From Antedon mediterranea (lineage: Eukaryota; Animalia; Echinodermata): 64,000 nt of DNA. The notes beneath the pieces are model-generated. The model saw only the letters and a program-made list of their open reading frames with translations. It made no database searches and had not been told where the DNA came from. Location of the stretch: positions 3,534,001-3,598,000 of the forward strand of contig NC_092680.1 in the NCBI RefSeq assembly GCF_964355755.1. Reading direction: 5' to 3'. How positions within the stretch are numbered: the stretch's first letter is position 1; each line of letters starts with the position of its first letter. The position numbers and the translations under genes were made by a program. Positions 62,770 through 64,000 of the stretch are shown here, one piece after another.

Positions 62770-62937
62770 CTAATCTCTTTTATACATTTTAACAATTCCT
62801 AATTGATGCAAATTTTCCCATAATTCGTTTTCTGCTTTATTATCGTGGTTTGCAAAAAATCTATGTTTCTGGTAAGTTTTTTCGTAATAATGTTCAGAGA
62901 ACTTATCATAGCTTCCTCCAAAACCATAAATATCAAT
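62770..62937 (-). CDS. ST6GALNAC2: ST6GalNAc I/II-type sialyltransferase (GT29) terminal exon, copy A; upstream exons not found in the window
   Basis: gttccag| IDIYGFGGSYDKFSEHYYEKTYQKHRFFANHDNKAENELWENLHQLGIVKMYKRD*: end of sialylmotif S (YGF), motif III (HYYE) and VS (HDxxxE). The ANHD..E..LW..LH..GI..Y.R pattern is typical of ST6GalNAc1/2. Confidence 0.88.
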   Translation of the reverse strand: MDIYGFGGSYDKFSEHYYEKTYQKHRFFANHDNKAENELWENLHQLGIVKMYKRD

Positions 62938-63082
62938 CTGGAACACAAAAACGTTGAAGATAGTTAAATACGAATGTACGTTCCATAAAAAGATATGGTA
63001 AAAAGAACAGTTGGAAGAAGTGTTCATCAGGATGAGGATATGGAATAAAGGCCATCATTCAAGAATAAATTGGCAGCAAAGT

Positions 63083-63282
63083 CAAGCAAGGCCAGGGTCA
63101 GATAAGGTCAAATAAGATCAGGGTCAATCAAGGTCAAATAAATGCAGTAAGTTCAAATAAGACTAACATCAAATAAGGTCAATGTCAAATAGAGACAGGT
63201 CAAAATAAGATCATGGTCAAATAAAGTTAAATTCAAGTAGATTAAGGTCAGGTATGGTTAGGGTCAAGAAAAGTCAAGGTTG
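63083..63282. repeat. Degenerate (A)GGTCA(AATA) short-period repeat
   Basis: About ten GGTCA/GTTCA cores spaced 10-20 bp. Confidence 0.65.
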
Positions 63283-64000
63283 AGTAACAGTACTTATGGC
63301 AAGTTGTTGGTGAAGACGACAGATTCCGTACCAAAGAGTAACATTGGAGTCAATTAGAATAATATGACGTTTTTATAATCAACAAACATGACTTGTACCT
63401 CCATCGTCTGTATTACCATCAAAAAAAAAAATTTCTAATTTCACTGCTCATTACTGTAGTAGTTGCATCTTCAGTATATACCTATGGAGTATGGGCTCTA
63501 AAATTACTCTATTCATCTAAGGGGACCTGCCCATTGTAATGTTCCAGTTAAAAGAATATGGTATAGTTGCATTTAAAGTAGTAAATAGATTTTATATACA
63601 GGCACCTTTCAATTCATGTCATCTGATTGGTCTAGTTATTGCCATGTCCTCGACCTACAGACTGGCTAAACTGCGCATGTCTGTTTCATCTTAAATAACG
63701 ATGATGATGATGGACTGAGCGGACAGATCATGTTTCTCTCTGAAAACTATCTTATAATGAATAAACTATCTTTAATAATACAACCAGATCTGTACACACG
63801 TGCAACGTGAAGATTGTGTAGCTAGCCCTAGCATAGCCTACGATGGTTAACTTGTGTAGATGTAGTTGACTTAGAGGATTTAGTAAGTTTAGCAGCCAGT
63901 AAAAATATGAAGAAACAAATAAAGTATGCTTTTTGAATATTATTGCATATTTGGAAGCAAAATATTATCAAATGCACGCCTTTTGATGTTTGCTCCTTCG

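Noticed and set aside
63300-64000. Search for the penultimate sialyltransferase exon (sialylmotif S, ...CD[QE]|gt)
   Set aside because: No matching open frame with a donor was found; it is presumed to lie beyond the window.

Overview
AT-rich eukaryotic genomic DNA with spliceosomal GT-AG introns, probably from a marine invertebrate deuterostome (inferred from gene content, not proven). I reconstructed three minus-strand genes by hand from splice sites and frame phases. (1) An 11-exon, ~542-aa voltage-sensor-only membrane protein of the Hv1/TMEM266 family (46666->8929). It keeps the RxWR signature but lacks the S1 selectivity Asp (Cys instead) and the third S4 Arg (Gly instead). (2) A 4-exon, ~534-aa FAM151/menorin-family protein with a signal peptide and a GPI-type C-terminus (56889->50790). 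(3) The 3' end of an ST6GalNAc I/II-type sialyltransferase whose catalytic last exon occurs as two intact, diverged tandem copies (62770-62937 and 62012-62182). The rest of the window holds a ~4 kb satellite built from two different palindromic modules (3.2-7.45 kb), many MITEs (Harbinger-type and TTAA/Kolobok-type), a Harbinger Myb/SANT relic, Penelope-like and L2-like retroelement fragments, a tRNA-derived SINE, Helentron/DINE-like elements and minisatellites. Most short ORFs in the supplied track are spurious.
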